A stretch of DNA of 54,411 nt, filler included, from Sluysia triapertura (lineage: Eukaryota), in assembly GCA_046118255.1 (NCBI GenBank). It is 4 parts of 4 records of this genome, joined end to end, with 100 filler letters (N's around TTAATTAATTAA, not from the genome) between each part and the next. Parts side by side here need not be neighbours in the genome. Positions count along the whole stretch, not along the records: positions 17,078 to 29,933 come from JBJNIA010077716.1; positions 30,034 to 43,542 come from JBJNIA010035816.1; 2 more parts are not named here. One strand, 5' to 3'. A program made the position numbers and the translations under genes. Below the pieces are notes generated by a model that was not told the origin of the DNA, searched no databases, and saw only the letters and a program-made list of their open reading frames with translations. This document shows positions 25,503 to 40,079 of the stretch, in pieces (position 1 is the stretch's first letter; each line of letters begins with the position of its first letter).

Positions 25503-26496
25503 TTTATTTGTATAAATTATTATATCTTAAAGACATTTATTATTCCTTCTAAGACTTACATAAAATTACTGTCATAATTTTAAATTCAAGTTTTGTTATA
25601 AGTAACTTGTATATAGATCTTTTTTATAATTATTCCTTTCTGATTAATTCAATAATAATTATGAAAGAATAAATAAATAATAAAAAATAATAACACTGAT
25701 AAATAATCAATACTATAATGATATAAAAATACGAATATCGAATTAACTAAAATTATATAGTATATTTGCTATAACGAAAACAGATTATCATTACTAAACC
25801 AAATCAATGTTAAACTATTTTGTTAAGATTGAAAAATTTATTCATAAATTTATCTATTTATTGTTATAAATAGATATATCTAATGTGATTATTATAGTAA
25901 TTTCATCTGATCTCAAATGAAAACAGTGCATTATAATGGAGATTAATAATATTTTCTAAATTTAATTCTTTTTTAAAGTTTATATGTACACCTTTTATTG
26001 ATTTTATTGACTCAAAAATTAGATACATAAGTTGTGTAGTGGTTAGCATCGTTTCACAGAATTTTAATATTAATTTTGACATCCATACAACATCAAAATT
26101 TATTAAATTTATGTTTTTAAAACCCAAAACTAAAACTAAATGAAATTTTCATTAAATACTTTCAATTTCACTAACTTTCTTTTATAACCTTTTTATACTT
26201 ATTTTTTACTTCTCCATAATGTCTTTCTAACCGTCTACCATTGGACTACAATAAAGAAGTTGCCAATATGACAGAAGATCCTTATAGTTTTGCACGTCGA
26301 AAGAAAACTCCAACTATATCACAATAAAAGAACCTTGCGTAATTTTTATATAACCATCCATACGTTATTTCTCAATATCATCAGTATTTGTTACCGCAAT
26401 TTTTTTATCCTCGCAAATGTATTAATTTAAAACGTTAACCCAAACAATCATTTGGAACATGGAATATCAATAAGAAAGAAAGAACTGACGAATATT

Positions 26497-26511
26497 AATA
26501 ATATTAATAAT

Positions 26512-26570
<59 letters not shown>
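26497..26570. repeat. (AAT)n microsatellite
   Basis: Read directly. Confidence 0.95.
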
Positions 26571-26572
<2 letters not shown>

Positions 26573-26796
26573 GTAATAATTTACTAATAATCGCATAATA
26601 TATGTTTCTTTATATATATGATTCTTCGTATGAACTTTTAAGTTTACATTATTATACATTTTATCGTTTTGTGAAAACTTATACTAATAAATAATGTCCA
26701 GAATCGATTTGCTATGTTTTTAATTTTAATTTAAAACATGTATATATAATAATAATAATAAATAAATAATGTACCAAAAAATCAATGTCAATTAAA

Positions 26797-26909
26797 ATGG
26801 CTTACTTAATTATTTCATTATTGTACCTACCTTTTACCTTGGCTGGCATACTAAATTTTAATGGATCGTTAAGTTGCAACGAAAAAATTTGTCCTGAGGT
26901 TCATACAAG
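26797..26909 (+). other. Possible first exon of a secreted protein
   Basis: Signal-peptide-like MAYLIISLLYLPFTLAG, then GSLSCNEKICP, then a GTGAGT donor-like site. Confidence 0.25.
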
Positions 26910-27069
26910 TGAGTTAAATTTTTTTGAAATGTCCCTTAATCACGATTTTCTGATGCAATTAGTTCGATTATTTATTTCTAAGTTTAGTTTATTATTGAAC
27001 TCTTATCTAACATACCTCAAAATGGATCTACCTAATTACTATCGAGAATCGTAAATGGGCATTGTATTT

Positions 27070-27220
27070 TTTAATAATAACAATAATGATGATAATAATA
27101 TTACTAATAATAAAGATAATTATATTAATAATACTAATAATAGTAGTAGTATTAATGAAGATAATTATAATGATAATAATTATAGTGATAATAATGATAC
27201 TAAGAATTTTAATGATGTCA
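27070..27220. repeat. Compound (ATA/ATG/ACT)n low-complexity repeat
   Basis: Read directly; same type as 27885-28195. Confidence 0.9.
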
Positions 27221-27234
27221 ATTAGAGGGTTTTT

Positions 27235-27862
27235 CAACAGAAGTGGATTTGATAAATTTATGAATTAAAAAATTTTTATTTTCACACTATTATATAACAT
27301 ATTTTTGATTTAAAATTATGCGTTTTCTCTTGCTTCATCATTTTTCTAAATGCAGCAGCATCACAATGATAAGTCTGTTACCTGGCAAATTCATTGTAAG
27401 TTCATTTTCATTTTTAGTACAACTAGGAAGAACATGGTTTTTCCAAACTGTGAATATTTGTTCAATAGGGTTTAGGAAGAGGGAATAAGGTGGAAGGTAT
27501 AGCATTACTAAATTTAAGCTAATCCCTGTAATGATGCATTCTGGCATTGTCAAGGATGAATATAGGATCATAAATTTCTTTCCTTATAAATCCATTCTTT
27601 ACTTTCATCAGTACCTCCTTGAAGAGTTCACTATTCACTGCAGAACGACAAATCTTACCATACTTACTCAAGGCTGCAATCATTGCGCCACTAACAGGAA
27701 TAGTAAACCATGTCCATGAGGCCAGGTAACAGAATTATCATTGTGATGATAAAAATGATGAAGCAAGTAAAAACGCATAATTTTAAATGAAAAAAATGTT
27801 GTATAATTGATTTTAAATCAAAAGTTTTTTATTTCATAAATTTATTAAATCCACTTTTATTG
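27235..27862 (-). mobile_element. Internally deleted IS630/Tc1-like transposon with ~110-bp terminal inverted repeats
   Basis: TIRs CAACAGAAGTGGATTTGATAAATTTATGAA..TTGCTTCATCATTTTT and their inverse ending ..CCACTTTTATTG|TA; transposase motif YLPPYSLFLNPIEQIFTVWK. Confidence 0.85.
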
Positions 27863-27884
27863 TAAAATGATCGACTTAGGCTTA

Positions 27885-28195
27885 ATAATAATAATTATTA
27901 TTATAATTATAATGATACTAATAATAATATTAATGATAATAATAATGATGATGATAATTATAATACTAATAGTAATAATTATAATGGTAATGGTAATAAT
28001 TATAATATTAATAATGATACTTGGAATAATAATGATGATGATAATTATAATAATACTACAAATAATGATAATGATGATAATAATAATACTAATAGTGCTA
28101 ACTATAATGATAATAATTATAATAATGATAATTAAAATGACGATAATAATAATTTTAATAATAATATTGATAATTATAATGATAATAATAATATT
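27885..28195. repeat. Compound (ATA/ATG/ACT)n low-complexity repeat
   Basis: Read directly; source of the spurious poly-Ile/Met ORF. Confidence 0.9.
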
Positions 28196-29189
28196 TTAGA
28201 GTATCGCGATTTAATTAAACTAGATTGCTGTGTTGTATCATACGTTGAAATATGCTGCTACAAATTAACTTTATACGGCCAGTCCCTGGTGTTTATGAGT
28301 ATTTTATTGACAATATTTGCTGTTGTAGTACTGTGGATCTTCTGCATCCTGTATGGTTTTGCGTGTGCCTGCTGTACGTGTACATCGTGTGCTCTGTCTT
28401 GTTTGTGCTGCTGTTGCAATTAATGTCTGTGTTGAAATGCAGTTTATTTATTATCTGGAATCTGTATTTAATGAGTGTATAAAATAATAACTTTTGTATT
28501 TTGATTTTTAATTGTTCCTATTAATGGGATCCAGACGATTTTCCAAAATATTTCCATATTGCTGTTTTTTGGACTTCAAATAAGTTCCACACCGAGTTGT
28601 TGCCAAGTAATATAAGATTTTATACGCAAGATATTAAATTCGACCCTCCCCGTAAAAAAGCAGCAAAAAAGAACAGTAAGCATGTTCAAAAAGGTATACA
28701 TAAAATAATAACCAAGCAGCAAATTCATGGATTAGAAAACATACATAAATTTTCGGCGGGAGCAAATTTAGTCATTTATCGACCTGAGAGCCCCTAGTAC
28801 GTATATTTAGATCTAGAATGAGCTAAAAGAAAATTATACCGCTAAATAGATTTAACAATTATTATACGAAAAGTAAAAACATGAATTGAGAATAAATGAT
28901 TTCAAATTAAAATTTGACACACCTTTGGTAGAAATAGTGTTAAAATACTCTTCATCACTTAAACTTTAAGTAAACAATGTAAGGATTGCGTTTCTTTGAT
29001 CTTATACGATTCCAAAACCTTTTGAATGCTTGATTGGGTATTTTGTGCTTTTTTAGCTAATTTTCCTTGAATGGCTAAAAATGGCCAATCAACAAACTGC
29101 AAAAATAAAGTACTGTCAATGTAGTGGTCAAACTAGTCAAAACATTACAGATCCCTATTTGAGTCCCAGTATGAAGCCTAATATAACGT

Positions 29190-29933
29190 GAAAACATCTA
29201 GAACCCTCGGAGTGCCTTATAAAGTAGCAAACAAAAAGAAAGTCAAAAATTAGATTGATTAATTAAAAGCTTAACTTAATTAAAGAAAAGTACGTTTTTA
29301 TGAATAATGTTTGAATGTTGAATGTTTTATCAAAGTTAGTTTTGTTATATCGGTGTTTGTTTTGAAAAGATATATTTATGAAGATATGGTTTAATCGAAA
29401 AATTCTTAGTTCTGGAATACTGAATTTTTCATATTTAAAATGATGAAAAAATAATGAATTGAAGGAAGAGAATCTAGAAATGCATCTGAAATGTTATTAG
29501 AATGATCAATTTGAGAATAAGAACTTTAAAAATTTTCCATTAGAAAATTGAGTGTGAAATAGTATAAAAATTAATTTAATTCATTATTTTTATGTATGAC
29601 TGATAATACTAATGATTGTTATTTTAATGTGAGAGGTAATTTATATTAAAGTAGATCGAGTAGAGTAGAAGAAAATAATGGTTGATTATTAATCAAATTT
29701 TTAAATTCCTCAAAAAATAAAGTATGACAGACTGTACCACGTAATTGGCAAAGCAGTTATTGTCGGTCTGATTCTCAAAAGAAGTTTGGATCAAGTGTTA
29801 TTATTATTTAATAATTTTGAAGTCAAATGTTGGGATTGCCCAACTTTGGATTAGGAGACGAGTAGAAGACATATAGAATTATAAATAAAGGGAAAAATTG
29901 ATGAGAAGTAGCAGATGAAGTATTATAAACATT
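29190..29933 (-). mobile_element. Decayed repeat, same family as 20400-21830 and 34360-34650
   Basis: GCTACTTTATAAGGCACTCCGAGGGTTCTAGATGTTTTCAC (-) versus GCTACTTTATAAGGTACTCAGGAGGCTCTAGATGTTTTCAC at ~34454(+); the remainder aligns with 21230-21760. Confidence 0.55.
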
Positions 29934-30033
29934 NNNNNNNNNNNNNNNNNNNNNNNNNNNNNNNNNNNNNNNNNNNNTTAATTAATTAANNNNNNNNNNN
30001 NNNNNNNNNNNNNNNNNNNNNNNNNNNNNNNNN
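29934..30033. other. Artificial contig linker
   Basis: 44 N + TTAATTAATTAA + 44 N. Confidence 0.97.
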
Positions 30034-30163
30034 CAAATTTATAATACGTTACAAAATAAATATATTCTGTGACGATAATTATAGTATCAATCAAAATTAA
30101 TTATTATATAAAAGAAATTGCCATACCTAAGAAATTCTTTTCATAATATAATAACGAAAATAC

Positions 30164-30164
<1 letters not shown>

Positions 30165-30218
<54 letters not shown>

Positions 30219-30220
30219 TA
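30165..30220. repeat. (ATT)n microsatellite
   Basis: Read directly. Confidence 0.95.
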
Positions 30221-31919
30221 TAATAATTGTTTATAATGATATAGTTGTTTTTATTGTATGTATTTGTTTTATTATTGGCTTATATTAACATTATTTTTTA
30301 ACATTATTTTCTCGTTTTCTGTAATATAATTTTAACACAATTAGTAGTCATATTTTCTTTTTTATAGGCTTTCCACATTATAAATCTTCCGTAATAATAT
30401 CTGTATATTTTTATTATAGTCAATGGTTTTTCTGGTTTTGTCACTTCCATAGTGATGATCATTTATTACCATATTAATGTATCGGTTTAATAAAATTTTT
30501 GTTGAAACTGTTATTATAAAAATTTAAAATTCCGTTAACAATATATTTGTATGTATCTGTTTTCTAGAACAAAGACAAATTTTTTTGTTGAGTTCTTTAA
30601 TTATGAAGAGAGTTAATATACGTTTATTGTCTTAGAGTATACACTCTTGTCAAAGTTGCTTACTATATAGATTTCTAGTTAATATTATGCTGTACTATTT
30701 TTAATATCTATTATTTCTTAATTTATTTTCTCGATATCAGACTCTAACTAACAAAGATTTTTTGTTTGTCTATCAGATATACTCGACTCAGCTGTTCGAA
30801 ATGGAAGTTCTCGAATCTTATACATACCAATCAAAATTTACTTTTTAGATTCAATTAAATCTTATTTAGTTTTTACTTTCAAACTTTTGTAAGACATATT
30901 TTTGATGTGTTCTGATGTGTGAATGACATATAAATATTTGTGTAAATTATGCGTAAATAATATTTATTTTTAATTTTATTTTAATTTGACTATATTATTT
31001 ATTTTTAACTTTTTTATTTTAACTTATCCGAAAAATATAAATATTATAAATATTATATCAAAATGAATTTAAATATTAATTTAATAAAATTAAGAAATAC
31101 TAAAATAAATTTAAATACTAATTTACAATATTATTAGTTTGAAAAAAATTTAGAAAATTTTCTATACTTTCAAAAGAAAAGATATTATTCATTTGCTATT
31201 GGATATTTCAAATAATTTGTTTTAACGAAGTAAGAGTACAAAAATAATAAATATTCAATATGGCAACAAAGAAAATGGTATAAAAATGATTCTAATAATA
31301 ATAATAAAAATGATTCTGATAATTTCTTCAGACTTATTCGAGAAGACAGTTCTCATGGTGTTTACATGCTCAAGTAATTCGTTTATTATAAGATTTAACT
31401 TTACCATATAAGGAAAGTTTAAAATATACTCAAACTCTTTTAATTTGTGCAAGACCTTAATAAGGCTTGTTTAACTTAATCATTAAAAAATAATATACCG
31501 TGATGATGACGTATTTATGATTATGAATAGTGATGGGACGTTTTAATGTGAATAATGACCACACGTTTTAGTTTTAATTGATTTATTATTAATATTATTA
31601 TTAGTGTACATTATTGATAATATTTTTAACAATTGATCCGATTTTTGGAAAAAATACTATTCTATATTTTAACAATTGATGATATTTTTGGAAAATAATT
31701 CTTTTTAAAGAAATATATGATTTTCGGAAAATGAACTAACGTAAGTGTTTATTAATTTATAAAAATAATTTATTAATTAAATAGTTTTAAATTATTTCAT
31801 TTTTTAAATTAAATAGTTTTTCTTTAAATTACTTCGGTCAAGTACACTACAAAATACACATAAATAAGCATGAAAAAATTTTTACAACACACAATAAAAT
31901 TTTAAAAAAACTACAACAG

Positions 31920-32408
31920 CGTTTCGTTGGTCAAGAACATATAATGAAAACTTCTCCTCATTTGATATTATAATGAATTATAGAATTATAATTCATTATA
32001 ATTAATTATAGAATTATAATTCATTATAATTAATTATGGAATTATAATTAATTATATAATTACACTTTTCAAAGAACACCCAACTGATCAAAAATTTTTT
32101 GTTTAACGATTGAATAATTTAAAGGAAAACGTTAGTTATTTTTGTAGGATTTGATACTTATAAGTATCCAACGAAAAGTCCACTTAAAATCTATTTTTAA
32201 AGATATAGAAAAAATCAGAAAAAAAATCAGATTAAAATTCATTATAAAACAAAATATTAACTCTGGTAGTTAATTCACATAACGTTTTATTACTTAATTA
32301 TAATTATTGAATTTTTGTATAATTTTTATTAATATACATTCAAGGAAAAAGTCTTGTTATTTGAGCAACAAATAATTTACATAGTTTCAAAATCATAAAA
32401 TCGCCCTG
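31920..32408 (-). mobile_element. Possible Tc1/mariner remnant
   Basis: TA|CAGGGCGATTTT terminus (minus strand) at 32408 and a degenerate IISNEEKFSLY (cf. IFSDE.KF) near 31950. Confidence 0.3.
31976..32050. repeat. 28-bp AT-rich tandem repeat (~2.7 copies)
   Basis: AATTATAGAATTATAATTCATTATAATT repeated. Confidence 0.85.
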
Positions 32409-34359
32409 TATTAAAAGCTTTGTCAGAATTTAATCATTTATTACAAATCCTTTTCATAGAATTTACGAAAAATATTCCTTAAATAATTATTTAATAAAAA
32501 TATTTGAATTTACTGTCATTTTTTAAAAAGCACCTCTAGAACTTAACTTAACTTCATTGAGCATTTAGGCAAGCATTGAGTTATATTTTTAATCTTTTTA
32601 ATTGCAAAAATCCAACGGCTAGCCCTAACTGGTAAGCCTAGTACGTTGGTAGACTCACGTTAAAATTCTATTTTAGTCTATAAGTCTCTTATCTTTTAAA
32701 ATCACCTGCAATTTAAACAATAAATTTTAAAATTTTTTCAATTTAAACTTTTTAATTCTATTTTCATTTTATTAAAATTTTTGATTTTAAATTTTATTTT
32801 TTGGATTCCATATTTTCTTTTTTACCATATTTTTCTTTTTTAATTTTGATATAATAATAATTAATAATTAAATATTATATGAGAATTTATATAAATTTAT
32901 ATTCAAAAAATATTTTACAAATTTTACATTCTAACAGTTACATTCTGACAGAATTAATATTGAAAAACAAGAACACTACATACTACAAAAAATCAACAAA
33001 CGCATTCACTGTGTGTCAACAAATACACACAAACCAAAAATAGTATCAACATCAACATTATTAATGTTTCAGTACAGACGTTGATAACACCCAATAGCAT
33101 TCTCACTAAAACATTAAGATTGCGATCCATTATTGGAATTTCGCGTTTTTGGTTACCATCCGTAACTCCGGCTAAAAGCAATGACCCAGCACAATTAATC
33201 TAAAATTCATCAAGAAACAGTTATTTCGAGTATCCGTAATTTGAATATTAATAATTTATCCTTTCTATTAGGAAAGATAAAATATTACTCAAAATCTTTA
33301 ATTGAATGTTTAGTTTAGGCTAAACATAATTTGATTTTTAAAATTTTTAAAATCAATTCTCGTAACAATCCTTTATTTATTATATTATATTCTGTCAAAT
33401 AAAATATTGTTGTACATTGAAAGATTCTCGATTGAATATTGGTATTTGTAGATAATAAATATAAAGGAAAGTCTAGTCTTTTCTTTTAATTAGTGTGAAG
33501 TTTGTATAAATTTAGAGTCAAATTAAAGAAAATAGTTATACGCGAATCTTTTAAAAGATTTCAAATAGATAATTATTTTGCTTAGACTAAATTAACTTTA
33601 ATAATTTAAGTTAACAGTTTATATCTTATAGTCAACAAAAGACCGAAGAGCATTAATAGTTACTTATCAAGAAGAGACAATTGAATAAAAGTCGTTGCTA
33701 TTAATTAAAGGTACTATCAAGTATAAAATAAATTTACTTATCTAGAAGTTATTTTAAAACGCTTTATAAAAGTATACACCAATAAAAGTAATTAGATTCT
33801 GGGAATTAAAAGAGATCTGAATAAAAGTAATTATATAATACAATATTAATTTGTTAGCATTTGTGAACTAATTAAAACTTAAACTACCCCTATAAATTAA
33901 GCGAATCGACATTAAAAGCTGGTGGAATTTTTTCCTATAAGTTAAGTATAACTTTAAAAACGTGAACATTGAATAAAGTTTTATCGATTAAGACATAAAC
34001 GAGATAATTGTAGGGGTTAGATAATCACTTATTGAGGAAAATTAAGATTAATTAAAAGAAGTTAATTTGGTTAATAACAAGGTTAAGTTTAATTTGTGCT
34101 AATAAATATAAGTTACGAGTAGAACGTTTTGATGTTAATTTTATAAGTTAGGTTTAAACCGTATATCGTAGGCGGACTTTGATTATTAATTCCAATTTGA
34201 AAAAGTATAAGAAAAACATTAGCATTTGTTCAATATGGAGGATTTCTTCGCACGAACTCGGTCAGACCTTATTTTCATTGGATGATCTCTCTTTAAAACA
34301 CATACATTCACAGTTACAATTTTAACATAGCATTCCTTATTCAAAAGAAAACATAATTT

Positions 34360-34650
34360 TTCTTAAGTTAATTAAGATTTTAATCAATTAATTAATTATT
34401 TTAACATATTTTATTCTAAGCTTAAAGGTTTTATTATGGTTATAAAGTTGTTAGCTACTTTATAAGGTACTCAGGAGGCTCTAGATGTTTTCACCTTCAT
34501 CACTCTGTTTCCTTTTTATACTTTTTTATTTTAATTATCAATGTATCATATTTATCTTTAATATTATTAACCATGATTTTAATTTTTGAACATTTTACAA
34601 AGTTACTCGAAGGTCTTAAAAGTCTTCATGAGTCTTAATACCCTAAGTTG
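34360..34650. repeat. Dispersed repeat modules shared with 29190-29290 and 20790-20850
   Basis: Collinear near-identical blocks seen by eye. Confidence 0.5.
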
Positions 34651-36297
34651 TTCTCCGGTTTCAAAATTATTATAAATCTTTTACTGTTTATTATTCTTGC
34701 TATGGAAATATTTAATTATGTTTATATTATCATATTTCAGATATTTTATATCACTTTTTATTACATATTTTAAATTCCCTTACCTTTTAATATATTTTCT
34801 ATAGACTAACTGGACAATCTCAACAATAATCCTGATAAAATTCTTATTTTTTTCACCTACTATAGATTCAAGAAATTTATTATTAAAGTCTGTTGTAAAT
34901 TTATTGAAATAATTTATGTTTCATTTATTGAGTTTGAGTTGTATTAAAGTTTAACTGGAATAATTTTATCCAGTATCGGAAAATTTTTATTGTAAACTTA
35001 CTGAAATAATTTATCTTTACATTATACTGCATTTCGTTTATTAAAATGAAATTTAATTGAAAAAAATTGTTTACATATTGTTTACATGTTAATTTAACTT
35101 CAGGGAAAAGTTTTTAATTGTAACATTTAACCCTATCAATACATTAATTTAAGTGATCCTTTGAAAACGAATGAAACACAAATTACTATCAAAATGTTAT
35201 AGCCATAATTCAACAAAATTCATCATTTCCATTTAAAAGAGGTTCCATTTATGAGGAATCCAAATGAAATATTTCTATTCAATTTAAGAACATCCATAAA
35301 ATTTTTAAAAAATTTCGTTTTTGAAGATCTTAATAAACTGTCAATGAAATCTGCACAAAAATTTTTTTAATCGTTAATAAATTTATGAAGTTATAATTTT
35401 ATTTTTAAATTCCATATTTGTATAAAGAAAGAATCAAAATAAATTGCACTTTTTTTAGCGGTTCCATTTACTATATTAACTCGCTGGAAGATGGGCGAAC
35501 TCACACATTGTTTCATAACTTCTTCTTTTAATTGTACCTTTCAATATATTGTCTAAATAAAGTTGCCTTAATTGTGGATTGAAAAATAAGGCTTAACTAG
35601 CACTTCCATCTTTAAGAACGGAGATGAGGTTTTAACTCAATCTCCAATTAAACATATAAAAGAATGTTGAATAAATTAAGCGAGAAGTTATTTAAGATAA
35701 GTCACAAAGATAATTTAATTTTAGTTAAGGAAGGTACTGATTAAGATTTCAAAGAATTATAGATGGTGGACTTTGAAGTTATTCATCAATACAAAGAAAT
35801 CGATTAAATTATTATAAATGAAGTTATCAGTTTTTACATGAAGGACAAGTTGAAAATTTTATATTAAATGATATCAGACAATGATTAAATTTCGACAATA
35901 ATTAAGGCTTAAATCAAACCTAACATACAAATATTTTCAAAGTTTACATAATTAGTAAATATATATTTTATATTTATATTTTATATCAGTAATAATAGAT
36001 ATACATTGATATTATTATTATTATTAGTGACAAAAACAATCGCAATTATTTCCACATTATTTGAATTCAATATTCAGAACAAATGTCAGTAAAAAGTCAA
36101 CTATAATCTATAATCATAATTTATTTGAGTACTTATTTTACAAACAAAATAACAAATCGCTTCTTCAATCAAAATTATTGTTTACAATTCAGTTGAACTG
36201 TTATACTTGATACGACGTTAAATAAGATGATTGCCGTTTGGATATAAAACTTATAAAAATAATTATAATTTTTAAATTATTTTAAAAATTAAATAAT

Positions 36298-36298
36298 A

Positions 36299-36362
<64 letters not shown>
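36298..36362. repeat. (ATT)n microsatellite
   Basis: Read directly. Confidence 0.95.
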
Positions 36363-36366
<4 letters not shown>

Positions 36367-38820
36367 ATTAGCCTTAATAAATAAAACTCAATAAAATTCG
36401 ATGACACAGTAAACAATGAATGAATCCATTTTTATATTGAGTGAAAATTATAATAAAAAATTAAATATTCAATCATATCTTTTGTTGAAAAATATGTGAG
36501 ATAAACGAGAACATTTTCAAATAACACAAATTGATTCAACATTTGTGTTAATAAGCTTTCGAAAATGCTAACAAATATGAATTAAGTTCTGCTTTTTATT
36601 TCAAATGTAAAACGCCACATTTTCATTGTAATCGGTTGCACATTTTGTAATTACACGACGAATGCACACACTGAAAACAATCATTATTTATGTAAAATTT
36701 GTAAATATTTATAACTTCTGTAATTTTATTTTCAGTCATTGTCAACATCGATTGAAAACATTTTTTACAATGCTATACTTAGATAATTTGAAAATTAGTG
36801 CAACACAAAACGTACCTTATTACATATACTAAGATTGCGAAAACTTTACAAGACATGTTCGTTGTTTATCTCACACATACACATACACACAAATCGAATA
36901 TTTCATAAATATTGCTCGGTGAAAAAAGTTATACTAAACTTGGAAATTTATTGGCCCACACAACGTGCCCAGCGCAACTAGACTTGATCGATTATTTATT
37001 CTTAAATTAAAAATAAATCTATCATTAGTAAAACGAAGTAACACATCATAGTGAAGTTCATTTAAGCATTTTTGAAACATAAACTTTAATGTTCAATGTA
37101 CGAGCTAGCACGGGAAAACTAGGAAAAGTTATAGTTAATCAAGCATTCTAATCAATTTGGAGTATTTATTTTTTAGTCCATATTAGTATGTGTCATCATC
37201 AATAAATAATTATGAAGTTAGTTCTGAACTCATCTGTGATGTCAGTTAGAAATAAATTAAGGGTATAATACACTTCACAGCATATCATTACAAACTTGGG
37301 GATCTCCATATGGTACCTTCCTTCAAATTTATTCCAAACACAATGTGTTCCAAAATGAATAAAAGTTATACATAAAACAATAAAATAGTTATAACAATTT
37401 TCTTAAGAATAAACGATGTCAAAAATTTAATTATTTAATTAATACTTTATTATATTTCCATTCAAAATTAGATGCTACGACTACTGGTCCAGCAGATCTA
37501 TCTAATTTCGCTTTGTTATGGTCATTGTTTGATGTCTTCTTTTAATTAGTTGTAGATTTGGTCGAAGCGTGTAAATATTCTAGGAAATCGTTATATGAAA
37601 TGAACTAAAGATGTCGATAATTCGTTATTATATGTTAATGTATAGATGATTGACGATCTTAGAATGGAATTGGAATACACATCGTGCGCTTATGAAATAG
37701 CCAGAAATATGCATAGCTACGAGCCAAATAACAGATTTAAATCTATTTATACAATGCTTTATCACCAGACTTCAAGTATTCATGCTTTCCACTTTCTAAA
37801 TGATGAAGGATGAAGTAAAATGCAGAATAACTCTATTCAACAATATTTATCGATAAAAACGCTGTGGAAGAGTGCTATGTCGCAAGAAAATGTAAATCTG
37901 GATAAAACGACGATTTCCTATTCGCTATCGTCCGATAGAAAATAATAATTGTTTAACCAATAAAGAAAACATGTAAATTGAGAAATATAAACAAAACATC
38001 ATTGGTCTGTAAATGTGAATTGTTGAAAACGACAAAATTACCAACAATGAATTATGCAATTATTCGCTGGCAGTTTCGCAATGAAAAGTACCGATGCCAA
38101 GCACGGAGTTAATCTCAAAATTATCAGCCTTTTTCAAGTCGCTTCACTTAAACTCTATCATATACCACAAAATAATATTTTTGAAACAATTATTTAATTA
38201 TAAGATAGAAATTAAACATTTAAACATTTCTTCATAAAAAAATGAAATTTCTTAGATTTACAGTCGATTGATGATGTTTTGTTTATATTTCCAATTTACT
38301 TATTGTCGTTATTATTTTCCACTGGCTTCTACTATTTGTTAGTAGTTTGTTAAAAACTAATCCGGCTACTTAAAAAGCCTACTAGAGCGAATAAAATCGA
38401 TGAAGGCAGCTAATATCACGTGTCACATTGAAAAATAAAGATGTACCAGTACAAAGTATGAGAAAAGTTCATTGTATCGTGCACACTTACCGATAAAAGT
38501 ACTTATCGAGCAGCAATGTACTTTTTATTTGCACCATGGAAACAACAAATGTAAATTATTAATGGATAAAATAGAAAAATAAAATAGTTCGATAAATGAA
38601 AATATATTAATAATTAATAACAAGTACGAATAATCTCGCGAATCTCACGGAATAATATGTACAATGAAATGTGATGATTGTGTATTAGTAATACATATAT
38701 CAGTTGTGAAACAAAATTGAAAAGTATTGAAATAATATAATGGAAATAGATACAATAACTCTATTATAATACTATTTAAAAAGATAAATAATTGATAATA
38801 TAGATAAATTATTATTATGG

Positions 38821-39515
38821 TTATTCGAATAAACAAACTGCTTGACCGTTGATACAGGCAGCAATAGGTCCGCCAGCGGCAAACAATTTCGTATATGATG
38901 GGTCGTATTCGTGTGTGTATATAGCGGTGTGTGGGTGAATGCCAAGGCTGGCGCGTGTAATATCGGAAATAGGCTCCACAGTTCCCTTTACGAACAATTG
39001 CGCGTATCGACTCGGGTTAAAGTATGTAAAGCTACTATTACTTCCACTACTAGTACTGCTGCCGATATGTGATTGAAAGTTGACATCTTGTAGGTTAGAT
39101 AAAGATCTTGTACGATAAATGCAGTCGTTATTGAAACAACTTGATACTTCGTCGTCAGTACAATTGTGATTGGTAGAAGTAAATCGACAAAGATGCCGAT
39201 TAACTCGCAGATCAAAAAAATTAATGTGACCTTCCGCGGTACCGTAGCTAATCACATAATCTTTGAACGCTAACGATCTGATACCAGCATTTGTGTGAAG
39301 CGCAAGAACATTGAGACATTCAGAGCTTGGAGATCCCAAATAATTGTTGACTGAAGCCGACACTGAAGGAGCAATACGTGTATCATAGATGGAAAAGCGA
39401 GCTTGACCACCCACAGCAAAACAAAAAGGTTGAGCTGGCCATTGTCGAATAGAAACCATATCTTGGACAACCGTTTTATATATCTAAACATTAAAATCTA
39501 TTAAATATTCCATTA

Positions 39516-39568
<53 letters not shown>

Positions 39569-40016
39569 TATTTTTATCATCGCCATATAATAATATAATA
39601 ACATAAGTCGGTTGAATATGATCCGTCAAATTCGTTACATCTATGGAATACAATTTATTTGACATTGTGGCGATTAGTAATTTTGAAGTGCTTGGTAAAT
39701 ATTCCATCGCTCGAAAACGATTGGATGGGTCAGACATACACATTTGTGCTGTGGGATTGCGTAGAACATTAATTAATTCGTCACTATCTATGTATACTGA
39801 GTCACTGTTGCCGCAGCTATTGGTACTGTTATCATCATTCCTACTGAGTGGTTTGCGTTGAGAATAACGTGAAAGACTCTGCCTAGTGTAATAAAACGGG
39901 AAATGGCCGGTATCGGGATTGATATGCCACATACCCATTTTGGAATCGCGAGAACATGTTGCTACGTGACTGTCGTCCAGCCAACATATGTCAAATATGG
40001 CATCTTGATGGAAATC
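38821..40016 (-). CDS. DCAF12: DDB1- and CUL4-associated factor 12 (WD40), last two coding exons (40016-39603, 39483-38821); 5' exons not found
   Basis: HQDAIFDICWLDDSHVATCSRDSKMGMW, GIRSLAF..ISYGTAEGHINFFDLR and C-terminal AIYTHEYDPSYTKLFAAGGP..G..CLFE* match the DCAF12 signature. A phase-0 GT-AG intron at 39484-39602 joins the exons in frame. Confidence 0.85.
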
Positions 40017-40079
40017 CTAAAATTTTATCCAGTAATAATTATTTCATAAAAAGTTCTTCAATTTATTTATAGTCTTTAT

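Noticed and set aside
27028-28199. Poly-Ile/Leu/Met membrane-like ORFs (also 15202-15390, 25333-25515)
   Set aside because: Translations of trinucleotide microsatellites.
28200-28480. Cys-rich plus-strand ORF or GPCR exon 2
   Set aside because: No TM3/DRY motif; the minus strand weakly resembles a non-LTR element C-terminus, but too weakly to call.
31976-32050. CRISPR-like array
   Set aside because: Adjacent tandem units without spacers, in eukaryotic DNA.
35130-35400. PIF/Harbinger or hAT transposase fragment
   Set aside because: Too degenerate; no diagnostic motif could be read with confidence.
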